A stretch of DNA of 64,000 nucleotides from the human T2T-CHM13v2.0 reference genome, Homo sapiens. Below the pieces are notes generated by a model, which was not told the DNA's origin, did no database searches, and saw nothing but the letters and a program-made list of their open reading frames with translations. Position 1 is the stretch's first letter. The number at the start of each line of letters is the position of its first letter. Position numbers and translations under genes: made by a program. Shown here piece after piece: positions 39,321 to 50,970 of this stretch. The stretch lies in assembly GCF_009914755.1 (NCBI RefSeq), contig NC_060942.1. One strand, 5' to 3'.

Positions 39321-42300
39321 TATGCTCCCTCATATATTTGTGATACTGGTCTAATTTATGTACAAAACTGAGAGACACAAATTGATTTAAACTATCCTTT
39401 TGATTTATACAGTCTCCAGTTTCCTATCTCAAACACACCTAGCAAAGCTTATCCTAAGGAGATAAAATACAAATAAATTAAATACAAGTATCTTTATAAA
39501 TGATCATCATCAAATTTATTGTACATTTTAAAAATTGAAGAAATTCTTTTTAAAAATCCTATACTGGTGTGAAGTAAATAAAGTGGGATGGAGTTAGCCT
39601 TTCCTCCTAGCATTATTTTATAGGATACAGACAATCCACTGTCATGTGTATAAAATGTTCTCTGAAGTCTTGTGGAAATGGGTCATTTCTATTCTTTTTC
39701 CTTTGTTGTGCAAAATATGTAAGTTTTTCCTTCCATAAAATTATCTGAACTGGCTGCTTACATAGCCCCAATCTGTCAGTTTGATTTTAAACTCCTCAAT
39801 TCACTATTTGCTATAGATTTTTTTTCAAAAAAGTTATGAGATTATTTGCATATTACATGTGTGGTTTTTTTTAATTGAAGTTTTATCCTTCAGTTGAGCC
39901 AGTTGTATTCAAATCTGGGTGAGGGTGGTGGGGGTGGTGAAGGTGGGAGGCCACGAGGGCTGTAAATTTTGTAGTATTGTGTTCCATCTTAATGGGGTGG
40001 CTCTGGAAGGAGGAGAAGCCAATCCCAAATGTGCACAATCCAATTATATTTCCAGGGACATCTAACAGGTATCCTCCAGAATCCTGAATACCTATGGGCT
40101 ATATACAGAGACTTTTTTTTTAAGCTCTGTTGTGACACTGCTAGATATTATGGGTAAAGAAAAATCAGGCCTGAGTATGAATAGGCTGGCTGATCTTAGT
40201 TCTTAACAAGCTCATTGGAAACCCTGGGCAAGTGATAATAGATAGAGAAAAGAGTAATTTCAAAAGGTGAAGAAAAATGTTACAAAATTCAGATCACACA
40301 TTTGTAATACCTAAGCCTTACAGCGAAAAAAAAAAAATCAGCTTGTGGGCTCTGCCAACATTTTCCTGGAGCCAGCATGATGGGGCCCAGGTTGCTGTCT
40401 CTGGCTTCCAACAATATCCACCCATGCAGACGGCACCATGATTAATACAAGCAGAGCACTCTGTTCCGCACGCATCAGAGCAGTGACATTTTTGCACTGG
40501 AAAGTACTATTTGAGCTATAAGCAAAAATGGCAAGGCTAGCTTCAACTCAAGACAGTTCGAACTCCAGATTTTGTTCTAGGCATTCAGATGATGCCCTCA
40601 TGGATGGCGGAACTATTCATTTAAAGAATCATGGTGGGTGCATTTTTCCATTTAAAAACATTTGACAGAATTCCATATGACAACATAAACATTTGAAAGA
40701 AATGTGGAGTATACAGGTTCCTTCTGGTGAGCTGCTCCTGCCTCTGGTGATGATACGCTCTTTTGTTCTCTGGCTAGTCCAGAGACTTTCACTTAATCCC
40801 ATATTCAATAGGACACTGCTTGGGGTGAGGCTGGCACTTCTTGGTACAGGCTTCACCCTACAATGCACACACAATTTGAAATAGATTGCCAGCAGCCCAG
40901 GGCAGGAGAGGAAGAGGCCAGGCCTGCTGGGCTATTTGTCATCTCAAACATTTCAAGCATCACATGCCACCTCTTTAGCAGGGCACACAGGGATCTGTAT
41001 CCCCTGGCAAGATGTTTAGTTTTGGTGCATACAAATAAGGTCTGTAATGTATAAACTTGAGGGGACAGAAAGAACAGCCGTCGCCTGAAGCTTTTCTTCC
41101 TGTGTGTAAGTGGCAGAAAACTCTTCCATAAACATCTTAATATTTCATCTTGAAGACTGGATAATGTCATGTAATGGAATTAAAATACATACATATTAAG
41201 GAAGTCTGCTGGGTAAAGAACAGCTCACAGCCAGCTACATTTAGTCGGACTTTGGTCTGCTTTCAGAGGAATGTAAGAATCTTCGAGGTATTTTGTTTTT
41301 CTCCAATTTTGGAAAGCCAAGAATTTTAGACCTCATTTTTTTAAAATTCTGGAATCTTTTATAACCACTGTGTGCAAATAGATAGTATTAAAAACACAAA
41401 TGTAACAAGAAGGAAAGTTTGCTATCAAAACAAAACAAATGGCAGCCACTTTCTTTTGCCTTCTAGGGGAGGAGCAGAATGCCATCTCCAGAAAAAAAAT
41501 AATTCTTTAGGAAAATTCCCTGATTCCTTAAAAATTCATTTTGGTTATTCAAGTGAGACTCCTGGTATAGTCCAGTTGGGAGAGAGTGGAGAAAAGGAAA
41601 GGTATAATGAAGTAAGAGGATTTATAGAGTCGTTCACTGCTTTTTTTTTTTTTTTTTTGAGAGAGATAAGGTTTAATGACCCTGAAAATAGTAAGGGAGA
41701 AACGATATAAAAAGAGAGGCCTCCTCTAGGTGAATATATAAATATGGTAGTCAGTTGGATCCTAAGGAAGGATACAATCAATAAGAAATTCCCTTTTTAG
41801 GAAACGAAAAGAAAATACTTGGAACCATGATAACTACTTTCAATATTAAGTTATTTCCAATTCTGCATTATGTTGGACCCCATTCTATCAATCTTCCAAT
41901 TAACAAAAGTCACTTTGGCTTTATAGTGCCATGTGAGGGTGGCAAAAGTTTATGGCCCATCTTGGGGTTGATATACATCAGAGAGTGTCTTGTTCTAGGA
42001 GGTAAAACATGGAGTAGGAACAAGAATGTGGCATAAGCAGAAAATGAAACAGGTGATAACCGGAAGAGCTTATTAGCCCCCAGTAAAGGTGGCATGTAGA
42101 GGGCACAGGACCTCACAGAGGGTGGAAAAACAGTCCATTTATTTGGATCTTAAAAAATGGGTACCTCATGAAGGGTGGGAGACTTTTGGATCTGGGCAAC
42201 AAAGTCAAAAGGAGAAGAACTTGCTGCAACGCAGCTATTACTTATTTGCATATTTTAAGTTTTAATTGCTAGGAGTTAACAAGGTAAAATAGCGAGAGGG

Positions 42301-42510
42301 CCAGCATTTGGACCCTCTCTCTTCCAGGTGTAGTAAAGTGACCTTGGCCAGTTGCTGTCCTCTCTGGACTTCCATCTCCTCATGTTCAAGGTGGAAGCAA
42401 TAATACTAAACTGTTAGGCTTATTATAAAAGTTAAAAGAAATGCTGAATAAATGACAAATATAAATTCACAACTCTTAAGTTATAGTAAAATAAAAATAA
42501 CTATGATTCT

Positions 42511-42653
42511 GTTTTTTAAATTTATTTTTTAGAGTCAGGGTTTCCATTTGTTGCCCAGGTTGGCCTCATATTCCTAGCCTCAAGCAATCCCCTTGCCTTA
42601 GCCTCCCTCCCAAAAGAGTTGGGATTATAGGCATGAGCCACAATACTCAGCCA
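42511..42653 (-). mobile_element. FLAM/free Alu monomer
   Basis: Single diverged antisense Alu arm; tatgatt on both sides. Confidence 0.85.
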
Positions 42654-43505
42654 ATATGATTGTTATACCTGTCAGGATGACACTGACCCCCAAAGGCCTA
42701 AATCATTCACATTTCCTACATTAATTATTTAATTAAGTGCCTTAACTAGTTGGTGATATTTTAGCATTTATAATTTGACATAAACCTAGTTGTGTTTTTC
42801 ATTAATTATACTTCACTATATAACCTAAATTATTTTAACTTCTTACATGTATTTATTTGGTTCTTGAAAAGCTAGAGTAAATTCTAAAAATATTTACTAA
42901 ATAGGACTCATTAAACTTATAAATACCATGACTTCTAGGAGAGCACAAAGTTCAGTAAATATCTTTGTCTTACTAGTGATTATTTTTAATAAGGCCTTAC
43001 GTTTCTGTGGTGGTTTCTGTTTCATGTGTGTGATCTCTTGATTACTCTGATCTTTTTTATTAAGATAGAATTATCTATATTCCAAACATTAAATTCCAGT
43101 AGTAGGACCCAATTTTCTAATTCTACTTTCTTGAAAGTAAAATGGTATGGTACCATTTATTATTGCACCACCCAATCAATATTTTCATAGTTAGACCAAA
43201 GTTTCAGATTCATATACTAACCTATGGGAATGTCACTAGTGGATAACTTGGCTGGTAAACTGCACTGACACTTCACCATAACCGACTTTTTTTTTTGAAA
43301 ATCATTCAGTTCAATTTTGTTTAGAAGATTAAGCATCTCTTTGGAGAGCAAAACATCTAGATCAAAACTGACACTGCATTAAATTTACAGGGCGATGCTT
43401 TCTGGTTTGCTAGTTATGCTTTAATAATATTTTGTGGCAGGAACAACACACTGCTGTCTGGCATTTTCATTCTCCTTAGAAAAATAAAAAGAAGAAAAAG
43501 AAAAA

Positions 43506-43532
43506 AGTAAAATAAATAAATAAATAAATAAA
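43506..43532. repeat. (AAAT)n microsatellite
   Basis: Read directly from the sequence. Confidence 0.8.
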
Positions 43533-44349
43533 GGGCTTTCCTGTAATAGGGTCAAAGGATTCAACGACTAACTCAATTCTGTCAATTTTAATGGTGGGAT
43601 AGTACCCAAGGTGTTTCTTTTTCATTTATCTATTTTTATCAAGAAGTGGTTTGTTTTGAGGAGGATTTACAGTTCTGCTCTCGTATCTTCACTTTTCTAT
43701 GGGCCCATATGTACTCTTGCGTAAAGCAGCTTTTTAAAAAGGAGTGGTTACTGTGAGTTTTAGAATGTTAAACCTAATATATTGAGATTGACTGAATCTG
43801 ATGGCCCTGATGATTCTAGGAATGCCTGTCCAGTTTAGTTTATTAAGCCCCTGTGTCCCTCTATCATTTTATTGCAGCCACACTAGGGCGTGGTCTGGAG
43901 AAAGGGTACCAAAACTCAAAGCAGATATTTAAAATAATCTGTGGGAAAACAAAGAAGTTATAACTATTGCATATCATATTACTTTGGGAGCTGCTTTTGA
44001 ATGATCCATTTTCCTCTCTCCCATAGAGTCCCCAAGACTATCTGAAACATTCCCTTCCTCAACTTTCACTGTCTGCTCCTCTGTCTTGCAAACCTAACCA
44101 TGCCCCTAAAAGGGAAAATAAAGTGCTTACTTTATTTGCTTATATTGATAAGAACCTGTATATGTTACAGATACTCGAGTGGGAATTAGAGAAAATAAGA
44201 GGAATAAAGAGAGATAGAGTAATTTTGAAAACTATGATTGCTCCTCTGTCCTTCCCATTTATTAAATTTTATCATAATAGGCACTTTTTTATTTTAAAAT
44301 TTTATTTGGTTTTTACTTATACCATATGTCCTTTTTTTCATACTGACTT

Positions 44350-45120
44350 TACATTTTCCTTAAGAGTTTTGAGCTATTCATTTATTTCTTTTATTTCTTT
44401 GAACATTTAAGATGTACTTGAGGTCTTTTCATTTTCAGGTTCTTTGTTTCTAGTTCTTGGGGTAAAAACTAACTTTTGTGTTATGTGTGCTGATCTCCCT
44501 TCAAATAATTCATATCATTATATAAGTTTAAATCTTTGAATTATCCCCAGTGAAAGATGGCGATAACTCTTTGTGTACGTTACATGTGTCCTTGGCTGTG
44601 GAAATTTTTCTAGAGTAATTTGCATTTGCTCCTGATGATATCCAGGTATTTCATCAATTTTGGACCATTTATTATTTTAACTTACCAACATACTACTAGG
44701 GTAGTTGAATTTGTACCCTATATTCATTCACATAGTATGGAAGTCAGAGGTTCAAGTTTCTTTGGGATGCCTCATTTTATTCTTGTGGCCTTTGGCTTAC
44801 TTGCTAGTGCTGCATCTCTGGGACAACTGCAGGTTTCTTCCAGGCCCCTTTCACAAATGTGGTCATGATTTCACATCGTCATATGTATGAAGCCTGTGGC
44901 CTGGATTTCTCTTCAAACGTGATGTAAGAATGGAATCAGCTCCTCCTCACATTTTTTACTTTGAGCTCCTTTTCTTTTCTAGGACATGAAGGTTTTCTAT
45001 TGTTGTTTTATGGTGAGTTTGAAAGCTTTTGTTGTATTTTGCCTGCCATTTTATGTGTTTGGATTCGGGGAAGAAATTCCTTCACATCAGCTCAGGTTGC
45101 CAAATTGCCTGGAAATCCTT
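44350..45120 (-). mobile_element. Old L1M/HAL1-like 5' region
   Basis: T-rich antisense sequence ending cagctcaggttgccaaattgcctggaaatcc, similar to old L1/HAL1 5' termini. Confidence 0.45.
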
Positions 45121-46289
45121 GCTTACTTTTCTTTAATTATTTTTCCCTTCCAGTAGATTTTAAGCTCTTACTATCAGGAGCAGCCAAAATGTAAAGTGGT
45201 GTTAGGGTTAAATAAGTAACTGTAGAATAGATAAAGACATATTAATAAATTGATTTATGAAATTGGTACTTTTACTTATTGCTAACTTTTGGACCACCAG
45301 TTTTCTTATCATCCTATAATAAAGGCTGTTTATGTTCTCTAATGTACCCTATAGTTCCTTAATATAATTTTGCAGTTATAAAAAGCAATGATCCCACCTG
45401 TGACATACTCTCTTATCTCCGTTTCTGTGGTTCAATAAGCCTGTGAGACAATTGCAAACATTTCTAAGAATTTCTTTTGTAAGTCCTCAACATGAAAAAG
45501 TGAGAAAATGTATGACTGAAAAAAATCAGAATGATAGAAAATGTTCCCAAAAAGCCAGTCTTCTTCCTATACTCATATTAAATACAAAGTCAACACTCCT
45601 TCTTCACAAGCATAAAGTCTTGATGGATTGCAGATGCCAACCATTACACAGATAGCACAATAAATCTGCTATAAACTACTGAACATACTCTGAAATATCT
45701 ATTGAAACATAGGGGCTATATGCACTATAACTCCAGTTTCCAAATTCCTGCTATATTAATTCATTGTGACTTTTTTGAATAGACCTGTCTTCTATTGCTA
45801 CAAAATGAAAATTAAACAGATATGTGAAAACCGATTTGGGGGCTACCTAAACTGAATTGAGCACCACCAGACACAAATTACAGCAAAAGGATACTGTTCT
45901 AATTTGAATCCTAGTAAACCAAGCAGCAGCAGTAAATTAGTTGGCATTTGAGCCAGAAAGAGGTTCAAAATGAACTGTTTTAAGAACATGAATTAAATAA
46001 TGCAGGAGAACATGGGTTACCATTTTAGCAACAGTGCCTTGAACACGTTAAATGATTTAAAAAGCAATAATTTCATAGGAAGATAATTGGTATTTAAATC
46101 ACCCTCTATGCCACTGTTCGGCACATAAAAAGTTAATTCCAGAAAAGATTAGGATAATGCCCATTCAAGAATAAATCAGATAATGGTGGTTGTCTTATAT
46201 TTAGAACTTTCTTGTAGCTACTATCTGCCCTAAGTTTGACAATTAACAATGATACTAGTAAATTTATTTTTCAGAGGCATCTAATATAA

Positions 46290-46425
46290 TGCACTGGGCT
46301 TGGGTCAGCTTCAGGGGCTCCACACTTAATGCTCTTTATAAAATTCTTAATAACATTTGAACCAGAGGCCCTACATTTTTATTTTATACTAAGCCTTACA
46401 AATTATACATAATATAATTGGCTGA
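46290..46425. mobile_element. MER45-like (hAT-Tip100) fragment
   Basis: aaattcttaataacatttgaaccagaggccctacatttttattttatactaagccttacaaattat. Confidence 0.6.
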
Positions 46426-46829
46426 CTGGGCCAAATATAATAAGGCTTATCTCTATATCTGTTCAATAGGAAGCATAATTTTGATCATCTTTCCAGGCAT
46501 GAAGGTCTGAAATGGCTCTCCATTGCCTACCAATGTCAAATAGTAGTAAATGTCAAACCTTTTAGCCTGCCATTTAATATTTTCCATGATAGGGTTCCAA
46601 TCTATGTTTCCATATTTAGTTTACATGATTTCACTCTTGCATTTATTTAATGAAGATGTGTTTATTGAGACTTACCATATGTCAGGTACTCTAGGTCCCC
46701 CACTAAGTGGGAACAAAAGAGGTTTGACCTTGTCCTATGTCACCCCCGTTAGAGGTAAACTATAGAACTTGCCATTTCCCAAACACTCCTTGCTTTTTGT
46801 TGTCCTTGCTTTTGCCAGTTATGCAGGTC

Positions 46830-47280
46830 TACTGCTGGTTTGTTCTCAGGTTTATTCACACCCTTATCCTACTTTGCTCTGTGTTAGCAGAAGCTAAATT
46901 TTCCAAGTTTGCTTGTGCTTTTTGGTAGGTTTGGTCAGTGCTGGGTATTGATGAACCTTTGGAGGATAAAAGGAGGGGACTAGCCAGACTCTCCTCTGTT
47001 GCTGACCCCCCAGTACCCCACAGGGTCCTGTGGCCTCTCCGTGGGCCTAGTTCCCATGAGTCTCCCTCTCCTTTCATGGCTCCACCTCCCTGTGGCCAGC
47101 CTCTGCCAACTGGCGCTAGTTTCTGGGCTCTGAGAATGATTTCCTTCCACTATCCTTCCACCCTGGTGGCCTCTTGGTCTTGTTCTTCTTGGGGTACCTC
47201 GCCATCCACTGTTAGGCTCCTCAGCTCTCTAGCACCTTTGTAACCAGAGTAGTTTCTCTTTCTCTAACTGGATCCTGATC
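46830..47280 (+). mobile_element. LTR33-like ERVL LTR within L2 remnants
   Basis: cacccttatcctactttgctctgtg; ggtaggtttggtcagtg; ctctagcacctttgtaacc...ctaactggatcctga. Confidence 0.65.
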
Positions 47281-48929
47281 TTCTGAAATAGTCTTCCTCT
47301 TTATCTAGCCTTCCATCATTGATACACATCAGTATTTCATTCACTCTTCAGGGCACAAGTTTAATCCACCTTGTTATAAAGGTTTCCTTGGCTTCTTCCC
47401 CAGCCCTGAACTATAAAACTGGAAATGATCTAGACTTAATATTTGAAATTCCCTAACAGTTTGCTTATAGTTCTCTTGTGATATTTAAAATGTTCTAACT
47501 CATTAGATAATGACTTATGTAAATATATCTGCTGTCCTTGAGCACAGGGACACACTCTAGCATAAATGAGCAATCACACTTATAATGTGAGATTTATCCT
47601 AAGAAAATATTTCACTCAAAGAAGGTGCTCAATAAATATATTGTTGCATTCCTCTAAGTGGTAAATATTAGACTTTTTTTCTCAATTCAAAAACTTTGTT
47701 GTTTCTTTTGGAGAAATCACTAAAATATCTGTATTATCCTCATAAATACATTGTTGAGAAATTAGCTGCCAGGACAAAATGAACTGTGCATTATTCATAT
47801 AAAAGTGACATTATTGCTAGAGGACATACAAATAATGAGCAGGCATTAATATAATAACAAAGGGCCTTGGGGGGGATCCCTATTTTCATGATTCCAAGAC
47901 TGCATCAATTATAGACATCTTCACAATGAATTAGTATAAATAGTCTCTCATCTTCCCCTTTTTCCTGCTGGTATATATCTAATGTGATATATTTTATTAC
48001 CAATTGGCCTTCTACATATTTGCTGTCTTTTCTATTTGACGGTGATGCTGTTCCTGCTTACCATTATGTATAAGTGTGGCTGTTAGGATGAATGTTGACT
48101 CAACAGCTTTTTCCATATTGCCCGGTGTGAAGTTTGTTCTTTGATTGGACTATAGCTGGGCTTTTGAGAGGCTGTGACTGTTTGTAGCTCTAGATCTTAA
48201 ACTAATAGTGAGCTTGTGAAGTCTCTGCTCTGAGAAAAGTTCTTCCTTTGTGGATTTCAATGCACCAGCCTCATTTCCTTGTGTCTGCCACTTCCTTGCA
48301 GTCTGCAATAAAGCTTTGTTGTTTGAAGCCAGGATGTAGAATATCCTTAAAGCTTTCCTTCTGGCATAATTGTTGGCATTTCCCTCACTTCAGGATGCTG
48401 TACAACCAGGGTTGTCAGCAACAATTTCATGATTTGTTAGCTCCAGTGGACTCATGATGAACATTGAAGACAGACCATCTAGTTGCCAAAAGGCTTTTCC
48501 TTAGCAACTTCTTGGCAATATTTACATTGCTGATGAAATGCTTTAAGTTAGTAGGGGACATAGGATGTGCCAGAGGTCGAAGTTGTAGGCTTGCGTGTCC
48601 ACATGTGTGACCTGTAACTAAGTTGACACTCTGCCTTACACAGAGACCAGTTCTCCTTGGCCAGATGTGCAGCCTCACTTGGACCCAAACCTGATGAGAT
48701 CCAGAAAATCAGGTCAGATCATCCTGACAGATAGCTTCTTTCCTAACAGATACAAAAGGCTTTGTTGCTCCAGTAATCCAAGCCTTGGCAGAAGACTTTT
48801 TAGTCCAGTTTATGGCTTTAAAGTAACTGCTAGAATTAATGGAAGCATAGAAGTATGCCTTATTAAGACTTATTGGTCCAGTAGGGGCTTCTCTTTCTGT
48901 TTGAGAAGTACAATCCAACTCTGGGTAGA

Positions 48930-49096
48930 TCCTTGCAACTCAAAGTATGGGGGACAAGCCGCAGTATGATTACCAGGAACTCATTAGTTATGAAGAGTCT
49001 CAGGTTACATTTCAGGATCTACCAAATCAGAATCTGGACTTCAGCAAGACTTCAGTAGTTTGTTTGCCCGCTGAAATTTGAGAAGCGTTGGGCTAA
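48930..49096. mobile_element. MER5A-like (hAT-Charlie)
   Basis: actcaaagtatggg...atcagaatctggacttcagcaagac...aaatttgagaagcgttgg. Confidence 0.7.
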
Positions 49097-49454
49097 ATCA
49101 CCAAGTGACTAGAGCAGAATCAGCACCAGGGCATCCTCTAATTGGCAATGGGAATTTTGTACTTGTAGGTGAATATGTAGCTGGATGAAGAAGCTGGAAT
49201 TCACACTGGTCTGCCTCACAATGTTCTGAGAACTCCAACCACTATGACGTGCAAGGCCACAGTGGCTTGGAAGAGCAGAGCGTATGTTCTGGAGGGGCAT
49301 TGCTATGACTGCTTAACCTAATGTAGTTATCCTGTTGGAATGCTGGCCTGGCTGAGGCATTTTCTAGGATCTCCTAAGGAGACAACCCAGGATAAGAATG
49401 ATGCCACTGCTGGGATAACAAGTTAAGCTGGTGCACTGGTAGCGCCCAGCTGAT

Positions 49455-49476
49455 GGGGGTGGGGGGTGGGGGTGGG
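49455..49476 (+). other. G-quadruplex motif G5TG6TG5TG3
   Basis: Four G-tracts separated by single T loops. Confidence 0.8.
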
Positions 49477-50819
49477 CAGCGCAGGTGCTGGGTCAAAGTG
49501 GGGAAGTGAAACCCTTAGACTGAGTAGCCCAGACTGTAAAACACTATGTGACACACTGAGGTGACATCAGCAGCAAGTATATAGTCAGGAATGGGTAAAC
49601 CTGCAGTGTGACCAGAGGGAAGATGGCATAGCCTAGACAGGAAGGTTCCTAGGGGTAATGGAGAGGGGTCATCGAGGGGCTGATGCTGAGAGGCTGCTGC
49701 AGGAAGGAGAGTCAAGGTCGCCATTCCATGAGATTGACGTATTCAGTAGCCACTCCTGCTGCACTCTCTGTGGTTCCCCTACTCCCCCGCAACCCCCTGC
49801 AAGAAGCTATTTGTGGCTTCTGACATTCAGTACCTCTTTAAACAGTATTTTGCTTACTTTTTGTGACTATTTATATATATATACTGACTATATATAGTCA
49901 CAAATATATATATTATATAAAGTAGCAGCATTACATTTTCTGTCTCTTTGGGTTCACATTTATTATTTCATCTTTTCTTATTTTTTGTAATCTTAGTTGC
50001 ACCCTACAACTCTATGAGGAGGTGCAGGCATCATTCATCTTTGATAAGTAGCAACAAAGCAATAACTGAGACACAGAACAACATGTCTTACCTAAAGCAG
50101 CATATATTTGGCAACAAAGTTAAGAACAGAACAAAGAAATTCATATTTTATCCTAGCACATTTGAATATGACAACTAGCTGTTTACCATGCACTTCAAAT
50201 GTGTGAAACTTTATGAGACTAACATCCTTAAGTTACAAAGCGTGGAAGCAACTTTCTCCCAAGGGATATGTTATTTTCAAAACTGTGATTTATTTTGGCC
50301 AGCTTAGCATGAAGGATCTCTCGTCAAATTCATTTTCTTTTCTTCTTTATTATTTACCCCAAATATCTGAATCCACATGAATACCATCTATGGAGTAACT
50401 GACATAGTCTTTAATGACTGGTATGAGTTTTCAAACAAAAACAAAACTATAAAAATGTTTCAAGTTAATGAGAGTGCCTTTAAAATTATTAGCATTTAAA
50501 AAATAGCCTAGGGGTAAAAGGTTTGTGTGTTTATAGAGTTAAATAAAATGGAATCTACTAAAGTTATCCTTCCCCCGTCTGTCAAATTTTGACTTTCTCT
50601 AGGAAATGAGGATGACAAAGCATTCCCATCCTCCTGACTACCTGTCTTCCCCTACTCCAAGTCCTGGCATTGACATAAAGCCATCAGCCTGTCTAGGGTT
50701 GCGGGGGTTTGATGTTGGTATTCTATTTATATAAAACACATGATATTTCCTAGCTTTGCAAAATTAACAAAGCTTATACTTTATTTTTTAATTATTGGTG
50801 AGGTTAGGAGAGTATGTCA

Positions 50820-50970
50820 ATATGTTACATTTATATGTAATCTTAATAAAAATAAATAATATTAACTTATATATAATTATAAAATATACATTATAATTAT
50901 ATAAATATATGATATATAGTTTATGTATATCTATATATCTAATATATAAATTTTATATTTTATATATTGA
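50820..50970. repeat. AT-rich low-complexity tract
   Basis: Read directly from the sequence. Confidence 0.75.

Larger units (their letters stand above)
48180..49600 (-). mobile_element. Ancient RTE-clade LINE fossil (L4/RTE-X or MamRTE-like), RT and C-terminal region
   Basis: Collinear degenerate motifs on the minus strand: TQSKGFTSP..PST, KCLSQASIP, VRQTSV, GAD-SALVT, INWTK, WLYSILK*GKCQQLCQKESFKDIL. Heavily frameshifted. Confidence 0.55.
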
